Below are positions 28,826-37,852 of a stretch of 64,000 nt of DNA, piece after piece (the stretch's first letter is position 1; each line of letters opens with the position of its first letter). The position numbers and the translations under genes were made by a program. A model generated the notes under the pieces. The model was not told the DNA's origin. It saw nothing but the letters and a program-made list of their open reading frames with translations, and made no database searches. Source of the stretch: an uncultured Veillonellaceae bacterium (GTDB lineage Bacteria; Bacillota; Negativicutes; JARBTT01); assembly GCA_963805085.1 (NCBI GenBank), contig CAWDTA010000005.1, positions 704,001 to 768,000 on the forward strand, read 5' to 3'.

Positions 28826-29581
28826 GTGTTTAAACAACAGCATGTTGTTTTGTTAGTAATACTGCTTATGCTATTCGTAGTGCCAGCTGGCGTTTCTGCG
28901 GCACCTTTAATTCCTAATATTAATATCGGGGTTAGCTCTGCAGACAATCCACAAGATGTAGCTGTTAGTTTACAAGTCTTAGGTGTGTTAACTGTTTTAT
29001 CAATTGCACCTTCGATATTGATAATGACTACATCTTTTGTTCGAGTAATGGTAGTTTTATCTTTCTTGCGTAATGCACTAGGAACGCAAAATATGCCGCC
29101 TAACCAAGTAGTTGTTGCGTTATCGTTGTTTTTGACTTTTTTTATTATGTCTCCTTATCTTACACAAGCAAATGACAATGGTCTACAGCCGTATTTGGCA
29201 GGTAAGATTACGCAGGAAAAGGCACTCACGGAAGTAGTAAATCCAATCCGCGAGTTTATGTTTAAACAAACACGTGAATCAGACTTAGCTTTATTTGTAA
29301 ATCTTTCTCAAGCACCTAGACCTGATTCACAAAGTGAAGTATCCACATTTACTTTAATACCAGCCTTTGTTATTAGTGAACTAAAGACTGCATTTCAAAT
29401 TGGCTTTATGATCTATATACCGTTTATTGTTATTGATATGATTGTAGCAAGCGTATTGATGTCTATGGGGATGATGATGCTTCCACCGACAATGATTTCA
29501 TTACCCTTTAAAATCTTATTATTCGTTATGGTAGATGGCTGGCATTTATTAATTCAGTCACTGATAAGTACTTTTAAATAG
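28826..29581 (+). CDS. fliP: Flagellar export protein FliP
   Basis: MTTSFVR, PPNQV, PAFVISELKTAFQIGF, MGMMMLPP. Confidence 0.96.
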   Translation: MFKQQHVVLLVILLMLFVVPAGVSAAPLIPNINIGVSSADNPQDVAVSLQVLGVLTVLSIAPSILIMTTSFVRVMVVLSFLRNALGTQNMPPNQVVVALSLFLTFFIMSPYLTQANDNGLQPYLAGKITQEKALTEVVNPIREFMFKQTRESDLALFVNLSQAPRPDSQSEVSTFTLIPAFVISELKTAFQIGFMIYIPFIVIDMIVASVLMSMGMMMLPPTMISLPFKILLFVMVDGWHLLIQSLISTFK

Positions 29582-29592
29582 GAGCTGATAAT

Positions 29593-29862
29593 GTGTCTAA
29601 TGATGTAGTAATCCAATTGGGACAAGAAGCTTTAATGATGGTTATGTTGGTATCAGCACCGATGTTAGGATTAGGCTTGTTAGTGGGGATTTTAGTTAGT
29701 ATTTTTCAGGCAACGACTCAAATTCAAGAACAAACGTTAGCTTTTATTCCTAAAATCATTGCAGTTTTTCTTGCTATTGTAATTTTTGGCCCATGGATGC
29801 TTAGACTGTTAACTGATTATGTTAGAAATATATTTATAGGATTGCCTGGATTTATTGGCTAA
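29593..29862 (+). CDS. fliQ: Flagellar export protein FliQ
   Basis: FQATTQIQEQTLAFIPK. Confidence 0.96.
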   Translation: MSNDVVIQLGQEALMMVMLVSAPMLGLGLLVGILVSIFQATTQIQEQTLAFIPKIIAVFLAIVIFGPWMLRLLTDYVRNIFIGLPGFIG

Positions 29863-29874
29863 TAGGTGGAAAAA

Positions 29875-30657
29875 TTGGATGTATTGAATTTATTACAAAA
29901 TCAATTGGGCTTATATTTGCTGGTACTAACGAGAATTAGTGGTATTTTTATTATATCTCCATTTTTAGGAAGTAGTAATATTCCGGCTGTGATTAGAGCC
30001 AGTGCTGCTATTGCAATTTCGTTAGTACTATTTCCAGTCATACAATTAAAGACGGGAACGGTTATTCCAAATTCGTTAATTGGTTATATTATTGTCGTTT
30101 GTACAGAGCTTTTTATTGGTTGGATCATCGGATTTATAGCTTCGTTAACTTTTTCAGCTATTCGGATGGCAGGACAAATATTAGATATGCAAGTTGGTTT
30201 TGCTATGGTCAATGTACTAGATCCAACAACAGGACAACAGATACCATTAATCGGTAGTTTTAAATACAATTTAGCAATTATTGTTTTTCTTGTAACTAAT
30301 AGTCATCATTTATTATTAACAGGTCTATTTGATAGTTTTCGATTGATTCCGGTTTTAGGTAGTCCATTTTCGGTCAGTATTACAAAATTAGTTGTTGATA
30401 TGGTTGCGGGGTCGTTTGCTGTTGCTATAAAAATAAGCTTACCAGTATTGGTGGCAATTACTTTGACTGATGTAGCGTTAGGGGTTTTAGCACGAACGAT
30501 GCCGCAAATGAATATTTTCGTTGTGGGTATTCCTGCAAAGATCTTCGTTGGTTTATTTGTATTGGCCTTTGCTTTACCGTTTTACATCTTGTTTTTGGAC
30601 GTGGCGTTTAATGAAATGTATGGAAATATTTATATTATATTACGAGCTATGGAGTAA
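29875..30657 (+). CDS. fliR: Flagellar export protein FliR
   Basis: AGQILDMQVGF, DPTTG, ARTMPQMNIF. Start TTG 29875 or GTG 29866. Confidence 0.94.
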   Translation: MDVLNLLQNQLGLYLLVLTRISGIFIISPFLGSSNIPAVIRASAAIAISLVLFPVIQLKTGTVIPNSLIGYIIVVCTELFIGWIIGFIASLTFSAIRMAGQILDMQVGFAMVNVLDPTTGQQIPLIGSFKYNLAIIVFLVTNSHHLLLTGLFDSFRLIPVLGSPFSVSITKLVVDMVAGSFAVAIKISLPVLVAITLTDVALGVLARTMPQMNIFVVGIPAKIFVGLFVLAFALPFYILFLDVAFNEMYGNIYIILRAME

Positions 30658-31759
30658 ACCTGAAAACAAAAACACAAATAAAATTGAATTTTGTTTTGAT
30701 TTACAATTATTTAATGGTGAAAAAACAGAAGAAGCAACATCCAAAAAGAAAGATGATGCTAAAAGTAAGGGACAAGTAGGAAAAAGTCAGGAAATAAATT
30801 CTACTTTTATTTTGCTAATGGCTTTTTTTTCACTTAAAATTTTGGGTGGTTATATTTATGAGCAAATAGCGAATTATATGATGTTTGTTTTTTCTAATTT
30901 ACCAGCGGACATCACATCAGAAATAGTGATGAATATTTTTATTGATGTTCTGAAAGTGTTGGCAAAAACAACTTTGCCAATTATGCTTTCAATTATGGTT
31001 GTTGCTGTTATTGTAAATTTATTCCAAGTTGGTATCAATTTTACATTGGAACCAATTATGCCAAAACTTAGTAAGCTTGATCCTATGGCGGGTGCTCAAC
31101 GGATGTTTTCAAAAAATTCATTGGTTGAGCTTATAAAATCAATTTTTAAAATTATTATTATTGGATATTTTATTATTCGTTTTTTAAAAGAAGAAATGAC
31201 CCAGTTACCCAAGTTGATTTATGCAGATATTTTTGTAGCTTTACATACAGTATCGTTGTTAATTTTCAGTTTGGTATTTCAAATATGTGAGGTATTATTG
31301 GTGCTTGCAGCAATCGACTATCTTTATCAAAAATGGCAACATGCTGAAAGTTTAAAAATGAGTAAGCAAGACGTCAAAGAGGAAGCAAAACAGTCTGATG
31401 GTAATCCTCAGGTTAAAGCGAAAATTAAGCAAAAGCAAAGGGCTATAGCGATGCAACGTATGATGCAGGAAGTACCTAAAGCTGATGTAATCGTTACGAA
31501 TCCAACGCATTTCGCTGTTGCATTGAAATATGAAAAAGGAATGATGGCACCAGTTATTGTTGCAAAGGGTCGCGATTTGATTGCACAACGTATTAAGACT
31601 ATTGCAAAAGAAGCTAGGGTTGTTATCGTTGAAAATAAACCGCTTGCACGGGCTTTGTATGCTACTGCCGAGATTGGCGATGTAGTACCACAAGAACTTT
31701 ATAAATCTGTTGCAGAAGTTCTAGCATACGTTTATAGGTTAAAAAAGAAATTGTCGTAA
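30611..31759 (+). CDS. flhB: Flagellar export switch protein FlhB (start uncertain, overlaps fliR)
   Basis: EKTEEAT, KMSKQDVKEE, NPTH autocleavage motif, ENKPLARAL. In-frame ATGs nearest the conserved N-terminus are 30611/30620, inside fliR. Confidence 0.9.
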   Translation: MKCMEIFILYYELWSKPENKNTNKIEFCFDLQLFNGEKTEEATSKKKDDAKSKGQVGKSQEINSTFILLMAFFSLKILGGYIYEQIANYMMFVFSNLPADITSEIVMNIFIDVLKVLAKTTLPIMLSIMVVAVIVNLFQVGINFTLEPIMPKLSKLDPMAGAQRMFSKNSLVELIKSIFKIIIIGYFIIRFLKEEMTQLPKLIYADIFVALHTVSLLIFSLVFQICEVLLVLAAIDYLYQKWQHAESLKMSKQDVKEEAKQSDGNPQVKAKIKQKQRAIAMQRMMQEVPKADVIVTNPTHFAVALKYEKGMMAPVIVAKGRDLIAQRIKTIAKEARVVIVENKPLARALYATAEIGDVVPQELYKSVAEVLAYVYRLKKKLS

Positions 31760-31789
31760 TAAACTGCACAGGGTGAGGAGCGAAAAATT

Positions 31790-33853
31790 TTGGCTACACA
31801 AACTTCTTCTATGGGATTTATAAAAAAATATAGTGATATCATTGTAGCACTTGCTATCATCACAATCGTTATTATGATGATCATTCCGCTGCCTACCATA
31901 TTATTGGATTTATTATTATGTGTTAATATTACGTTAGCGTTAGTAATTATTATGGTTGCAATTTATAATGTTGAACCACTTGATTTTTCAGTATTTCCAT
32001 CTTTGTTACTGGTTACTACTTTATTTCGCTTGGCACTCAATGTATCGTCAACACGCTTGATTTTACTTCAGGGATATGCAGGAGAGGTTATCATGTCGTT
32101 TGGTAACTTTGTTGTTGGTGGTAATGCAGTTGTCGGTTTTATCGTGTTTGTTATCTTAGTTATTATTAATTTTATTGTTATTACTAAAGGGTCAGAACGT
32201 GTCGCTGAAGTTGCAGCACGGTTTACTTTGGATGCAATGCCAGGGAAGCAAATGAGTATTGATGCGGATTTGAACTCAGGAGCAATTTCTGATGCCGAAG
32301 CGCGGACAAGACGTATGAAAATACAAAATGAAGCCGATTTTTATGGGGCTATGGATGGTGCGAGTAAGTTCGTAAAAGGTGACGCGATTGCCGCAATTAT
32401 CATTATCATGATCAACATCATTGGTGGTTTTGTTATTGGAATGGTACAACGGAATTTAGATGTAACGCATGCATTATCGACGTATACGTTATTAACAGTG
32501 GGGGAAGGTTTAGTAAACCAAATTCCAGCGTTATTAGTTTCAACAGCGACTGGTATTGTGGTTACAAGGGCAGCGTCTGATAATAATTTAGGGCAAGATT
32601 TAACTACGCAATTATTTAATAATCCTAGAGTGTTTTTTATTGCATCAGGTGTTTTGTTCATGCTTGCAGTTATACCTGGCTTGCCAGGTGTTCCATTTAT
32701 GACGTTATCCTTGATTACATTCGTGATTGCATATAATTTAAGAAAAACTGCTACGGAATCAGTGGAAAATAGTATGGTTCAACAAGAGGAAAAAGAAAAA
32801 GAAGAAATTAGAAAACCAGAAAATATTATTTCGCTTTTACAAGTTGATCCAATGGAGCTTGAAATTGGGTATAGTTTGATTCCGCTAGTAGATACAGGGC
32901 AAGGTGGAGATTTACTAGAACGTATTGTTATGATTCGGCGGCAATGTGCACTTGAAATGGGACTTGTTGTGCCAACAATTCGAATTCGTGATAATATACA
33001 AATTAAGCCAAATGCGTATAGTGTCAAATTAAAAGGAATTGAGATAGCAAAAGGCGAATTATTACTTGATCATTATTTAGCAATGAATTCTGGGACGGTA
33101 TTTGAAGAGATTACAGGTATTGATACCGTAGAACCGGCTTTTGGGCTACCCGCTCTTTGGATTCCAGAATCAGAGAGAGAACAAGCAGAACTCAATGGTT
33201 ATACTGTTGTTGATGCTGTATCCGTTCTTGCTACGCATATTACAGAGGTTATAAAATCACATGCTTCAGAGATTTTGGGACGCCAAGAAACGCAAAATTT
33301 GGTAGACAGTATCAAGCAGAACAATGCATCTGTTGTTGAAGAGTTGTTGCCCGATTTATTGTCAATTGGTGATATCCAGAAAGTATTGGCTAATTTACTG
33401 AAAGAGCGTATTTCTATTCGTGATATGGTTACTATTTTAGAGGTGTTAGCTGATTATGCTAAATTGACAAAAGATACAGAAATATTAACAGAATATGTAA
33501 GACATGCGTTGTCTAGGCAGATAACAAAACAAAATGTTCAAAATAATATTTTACCAACTGTTACGTTAGACCCTGCTACTGAAAACATTATTTCCTCTGC
33601 TGTACAGCGGAATGACCATGGCTCTTATGTAACATTAGAACCAAATAATATGCAACGCTTACTCAACAGCTTGAATGTTGAATTACCTAAATTGACAAAT
33701 TTAGGCTATCAACCGATTGTTCTTACAAGCCCAGCGGTTCGTTTATATTTTCGCAAGCTGATTGAACGGTCGATTCCAGGAGTTGTCGTATTATCCCATG
33801 TAGAAATTCAACCTGATGTAGAAATACAGGTTTTAGGGGTGGTGAAGATTTAA
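31790..33853 (+). CDS. flhA: Flagellar export protein FlhA
   Basis: RVAEVAARFTLDAMPGKQMSIDADL, FYGAMDGASKFVKGDA. Confidence 0.97.
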   Translation: MATQTSSMGFIKKYSDIIVALAIITIVIMMIIPLPTILLDLLLCVNITLALVIIMVAIYNVEPLDFSVFPSLLLVTTLFRLALNVSSTRLILLQGYAGEVIMSFGNFVVGGNAVVGFIVFVILVIINFIVITKGSERVAEVAARFTLDAMPGKQMSIDADLNSGAISDAEARTRRMKIQNEADFYGAMDGASKFVKGDAIAAIIIIMINIIGGFVIGMVQRNLDVTHALSTYTLLTVGEGLVNQIPALLVSTATGIVVTRAASDNNLGQDLTTQLFNNPRVFFIASGVLFMLAVIPGLPGVPFMTLSLITFVIAYNLRKTATESVENSMVQQEEKEKEEIRKPENIISLLQVDPMELEIGYSLIPLVDTGQGGDLLERIVMIRRQCALEMGLVVPTIRIRDNIQIKPNAYSVKLKGIEIAKGELLLDHYLAMNSGTVFEEITGIDTVEPAFGLPALWIPESEREQAELNGYTVVDAVSVLATHITEVIKSHASEILGRQETQNLVDSIKQNNASVVEELLPDLLSIGDIQKVLANLLKERISIRDMVTILEVLADYAKLTKDTEILTEYVRHALSRQITKQNVQNNILPTVTLDPATENIISSAVQRNDHGSYVTLEPNNMQRLLNSLNVELPKLTNLGYQPIVLTSPAVRLYFRKLIERSIPGVVVLSHVEIQPDVEIQVLGVVKI

Positions 33854-35122
33854 ATGAAAGTAAAAGTATTTACGGCTAGTTCTATGCAAGAAGCAATGAG
33901 TCAAGTGAAAAGCCAGCTAGGGATTGATGCAGTTATTTTGCATACACGGCGTTTCCATAAAGGCGGTATATTAGGCTATATGGGGAAAGAAATGATTGAA
34001 GTAACGGCAGCGGTAGAAGACAAGCCCTTAGTAACTGCAACACCTCGTTTATCCCCTGTTAGCTCAGAGGCAATGGTTCCGCAAAATATAGTAAAACAAT
34101 ATCAAAATGCTGGTAGTAAGCTACCAGCTAGTTCTATATTAGCTACTAGCAAAGTGAAAGATGAAGTAACTGAAAATGATCTCAATAAAAGTGAAGTTAA
34201 GCAAGAAGAGAATACTCTTCAAATAAAACCAATAGAGGAAAATGAAAGCTCAACAGAAAAAGATGATAAGATATTAAAACTTCAACAAGAATTGGATAAT
34301 ATGAAAAAAATGTTGGAACAGGTAATTAATGCTGTTCCACAGAATAAAGTTGAAACAATGTCTTTATTTGATGCTTTGACGGAAAATGAAGTGGATAGTA
34401 AAACTGTCGAAGAAATTGTCACAAATATTTTGGATGAAACCGTTTTGAATAATAAAGATTTACCAGAAACAGTGGATTTTTTAGCTGATTATTTTGAGCA
34501 AGCATTGAGACCAGCACGTGGTATTGATATTGGGGCAGATCAAACAAAGATCGTTGCGTTGATTGGTGCTACTGGTGTAGGTAAAACGACAACAATCGCG
34601 AAGATAGCAGCGAATTTTGTGCTAGATAAAGCTTGTAGCGTTGCACTTATTACAGCCGATACGTATCGTATTTCTGCAGTGGAGCAATTAAAAACATATT
34701 CTGATATTATTGGAGTACCGTTGGAAATCGTGTATTCACCAGATGAATTGAGGTTTGCTATTGATAAGCATCGTGATAAACAATTGATTTTAATCGATAC
34801 CGCTGGGCGTAGTCAACATAATGAATTTCAATTGGAAGAATTGAAGTGCTTATTAGCAGTGGTGCCTGATATTGAAAAGCATTTAGTGCTTAGTGCGACG
34901 ACAAAATATAAAGATGCCGTTGATATCCTTAGAAAATTTTCTCTTTGTGAACCTGATAAGGTTTTATTTACGAAAGTAGATGAGACTAGTACGGTTGGTG
35001 CTATTATAAATTTAGTACACCAATATCCAATTACATTGTCTTATATTACAAATGGTCAAAGTGTTCCAGATGATATTGTTGTAGCGGATTCGAAAGAATT
35101 GGCGAAATTGTTATTGAGGTAA
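33854..35122 (+). CDS. flhF: Flagellar SRP-family GTPase FlhF
   Basis: GATGVGKTTTIAK, DTYRI, DTAGRS, TKVDE, NGQSVPDD. Confidence 0.95.
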   Translation: MKVKVFTASSMQEAMSQVKSQLGIDAVILHTRRFHKGGILGYMGKEMIEVTAAVEDKPLVTATPRLSPVSSEAMVPQNIVKQYQNAGSKLPASSILATSKVKDEVTENDLNKSEVKQEENTLQIKPIEENESSTEKDDKILKLQQELDNMKKMLEQVINAVPQNKVETMSLFDALTENEVDSKTVEEIVTNILDETVLNNKDLPETVDFLADYFEQALRPARGIDIGADQTKIVALIGATGVGKTTTIAKIAANFVLDKACSVALITADTYRISAVEQLKTYSDIIGVPLEIVYSPDELRFAIDKHRDKQLILIDTAGRSQHNEFQLEELKCLLAVVPDIEKHLVLSATTKYKDAVDILRKFSLCEPDKVLFTKVDETSTVGAIINLVHQYPITLSYITNGQSVPDDIVVADSKELAKLLLR

Positions 35123-35127
35123 GCGTT

Positions 35128-36042
35128 ATGATGGATGTGGATCAAGCAGAACGGTTGAGAAAATTAGTAAATGATAAACAATCAGTTATTCAAAATCAAC
35201 AATTTGTAGAAAATAATAATTCTAATAGGAATATCGAACATAAAGCGCGAATAATAGCAATTAGTAGTGGTAAGGGTGGTGTTGGAAAAACCAATATCAC
35301 TGTGAATTTGGCTATTGCATTATCGATGCAAGGCCAACGCGTACTGATTATTGATGCTGATTTGGGGATGGCAAATGTTGATGTCGTTTTAGGGACTTCG
35401 TCGAAATATAATTTACTTAAATTATTAGAAGATGAAATTAATATGGAAGATGTTATTGTTAATGGTCCTTGCGGTGTAAAGTATTTATCGGGTGGCTCAG
35501 GAATTGAACAATTGGCAAATTTAGGATATAACGATCTTGATAAAGTGATGAGAAAGCTCAATATGTGTGAAGATATTGCCGATATTATCTTATTAGATAC
35601 TGGTGCAGGTATAGGAAATAATGTTTTGAATTTTCTTAGAGCTGCTGATGAGGTTATTTTAGTAACGACACCAGAACCGACAGCAATGACGGATGCTTAT
35701 GCAATTATGAAAGCTTATTCTAATTATTCGAATTGTGATACAGTTAAGCTGATTGTTAATCGTGTTTATGAAGCCAGCGAAGTTTTTTCTGTATTCTCCA
35801 AGTTAAGTAAAACAGCTGCAAAATTTTTAAATTTGACGGTAATTGGTTTTGGTGAGATTTATGAAGATCGAAATTTAGTTCGTGCGGTAAAAGCACAAGT
35901 ACCACTCATCTTAATGTATCCTAATACAATTTCAGCAAAAGGAATTAAGACGATTGCAAAGAATATTATGAGTGGAGAAGTAGAGACACAAATGAGAGGG
36001 ATAAAAGGTTTTGTTAGTAAGTTTATGTCTTTTTTAAGGTGA
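35128..36042 (+). CDS. flhG: MinD-like flagellar number regulator FlhG/FleN
   Basis: DQAERLR N-terminus, SGKGGVGKT, DADLGMAN, TPEPTAMTDAY. Confidence 0.92.
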   Translation: MMDVDQAERLRKLVNDKQSVIQNQQFVENNNSNRNIEHKARIIAISSGKGGVGKTNITVNLAIALSMQGQRVLIIDADLGMANVDVVLGTSSKYNLLKLLEDEINMEDVIVNGPCGVKYLSGGSGIEQLANLGYNDLDKVMRKLNMCEDIADIILLDTGAGIGNNVLNFLRAADEVILVTTPEPTAMTDAYAIMKAYSNYSNCDTVKLIVNRVYEASEVFSVFSKLSKTAAKFLNLTVIGFGEIYEDRNLVRAVKAQVPLILMYPNTISAKGIKTIAKNIMSGEVETQMRGIKGFVSKFMSFLR

Positions 36043-36073
36043 TGTTAATTTTCTGTGTTGGGAGTGGTAAAGG

Positions 36074-36742
36074 ATGACGAATAATCCCAAGATTGCACCT
36101 GGGGAGATTCTAAAAGTTGGGCAGCGTGTGGAAGTAAGTATTTTAACTGATACAGAAGATAATAAATATACAAGTAGGATTGAAGATTTTGATTCTAAAA
36201 ATCTGATTGTAGCAATGCCAATGGTGAAAGGGTATCCCATTATACCAATGGCAAGGAGTGGTATTAATATTAGATTAGTTCTAGATCAGAGTTCTTACCG
36301 ATTTACATCTGCTTATATTGATAAAAAAGCAAATCCAATTCCAGTCTGGATTTTGTCAATGCCAAAAGAAATTGACAAAATTCAGCTTAGAGAGTTTGTA
36401 CGTGTCGAGACGATGTTGCCATTAAAGGTACAGGTTGAAGATGCTGAACATAATTTGTTACCACCAATTCCTTGTTCTATTCGCGATGTTAGTGGTGGTG
36501 GTATTCAATTGGTTATGAAACAATTTGTTCCACCAGGGACAAGAGTTTATGTTGATGCTGAAATTCCTGAGGTTGGAGCATTACAGACATATTGTGAAGT
36601 CGTTAGAAGTATTGAAGTAAAAGGGCCTGAAAAAATTTTTTGGATTGGTACAAAATTTATCGATTTATCAGAAGCCGTCAGGTCTAAATTAATTAGGTTC
36701 ATTTTTAAGAGACAAAGAGATTTACTCCGAAAAAAACGTTAA
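36074..36742 (+). CDS. PilZ-domain flagellar brake (YcgR/MotI-like)
   Basis: QLREFVR and DVSGGG PilZ motifs. Confidence 0.85.
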   Translation: MTNNPKIAPGEILKVGQRVEVSILTDTEDNKYTSRIEDFDSKNLIVAMPMVKGYPIIPMARSGINIRLVLDQSSYRFTSAYIDKKANPIPVWILSMPKEIDKIQLREFVRVETMLPLKVQVEDAEHNLLPPIPCSIRDVSGGGIQLVMKQFVPPGTRVYVDAEIPEVGALQTYCEVVRSIEVKGPEKIFWIGTKFIDLSEAVRSKLIRFIFKRQRDLLRKKR

Positions 36743-36760
36743 TGCATATGGGGTGAAATT

Positions 36761-37822
36761 ATGATTAAAATTATTATTGCTGATGATTCTGCATTTATGC
36801 GAAGATTATTATCTGACTTGTTTTTGCAGGAACCAGATTTTATGGTTTTAGATACTGCAAGTAATGGTAAGGATGCGATCAATAAAATTAAACACTTGAA
36901 ACCTGACTTAGTAACGATGGATGTTAATATGCCAATTATGGATGGTTTGACAGCATTAGAACATTTAATGCAGGAACATAGGGTGCCTGTTGTGATGATT
37001 AGCAGTTTAACAAAAGATGGTGCTGATGCAACAATTAAAGCTTTATCTTTAGGTGCAGTAGATTTTATAGAAAAAGTTTCGGGACCGATATCTAGTATTG
37101 CTGGCATAAAAAATGAGATTTTGTCAAAATGTCGCGCTGCTGTAAATGCTAACATTACAAAACCGTTTGTGCTAGGAAGTAGAAATCAAGCTATACATAG
37201 TTCTATTCCAGTTAAAGGAAATATTAAGCCGATGATAGTAAATAATCACGCTAGTGAAAAATTAATTGCAATTGGAACATCGACAGGCGGGCCGAGGGCG
37301 CTGCAACAGATTATCACACAATTGCCACGTGCGCTACCTTGCGGTGTGGTCATTGTTCAACATATGCCAGCTGGATTTACAAAATCTTTGGCGGATCGTT
37401 TAAATACATTATCGCAATTAGATGTAAAAGAAGCCGAAAATAATGATATAATAGAATCAGGTAAGGTTTTTATTGCTCCTGGTAACTATCATATGACTAT
37501 TGAAAGTCAAGGCGAATCTCGAGTCATTCGACTTAATCAAAATCCACCTGTTGCAAGTCACAGACCTGCAGTAGACATACTGTTTGAATCTGTTGCCAAA
37601 TTTGGTAATAAGATTATTGCAGTAGTACTTACTGGTATGGGAAGCGATGGCGCAAAAGGGATGCAATATATAAAAAAAACAGGCGGTTATTCAATTGCTG
37701 AAGATCAAAGTACAGCAGTTGTTTATGGAATGCCCAGGGCTGTAGCAGAATTAGGGTTAGTCGATAAAGTTTTACCTATAGATTCAATTGCAGCAGAATT
37801 GGTTCAGTTAGCAAGAAAATAG
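36761..37822 (+). CDS. cheB: Chemotaxis methylesterase CheB
   Basis: Receiver domain plus GTSTGGP, VQHMP, LTGMGSDG. Confidence 0.96.
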   Translation: MIKIIIADDSAFMRRLLSDLFLQEPDFMVLDTASNGKDAINKIKHLKPDLVTMDVNMPIMDGLTALEHLMQEHRVPVVMISSLTKDGADATIKALSLGAVDFIEKVSGPISSIAGIKNEILSKCRAAVNANITKPFVLGSRNQAIHSSIPVKGNIKPMIVNNHASEKLIAIGTSTGGPRALQQIITQLPRALPCGVVIVQHMPAGFTKSLADRLNTLSQLDVKEAENNDIIESGKVFIAPGNYHMTIESQGESRVIRLNQNPPVASHRPAVDILFESVAKFGNKIIAVVLTGMGSDGAKGMQYIKKTGGYSIAEDQSTAVVYGMPRAVAELGLVDKVLPIDSIAAELVQLARK

Positions 37823-37852
37823 CAAGATATAAAATAATTGGGGGAATTAAAA

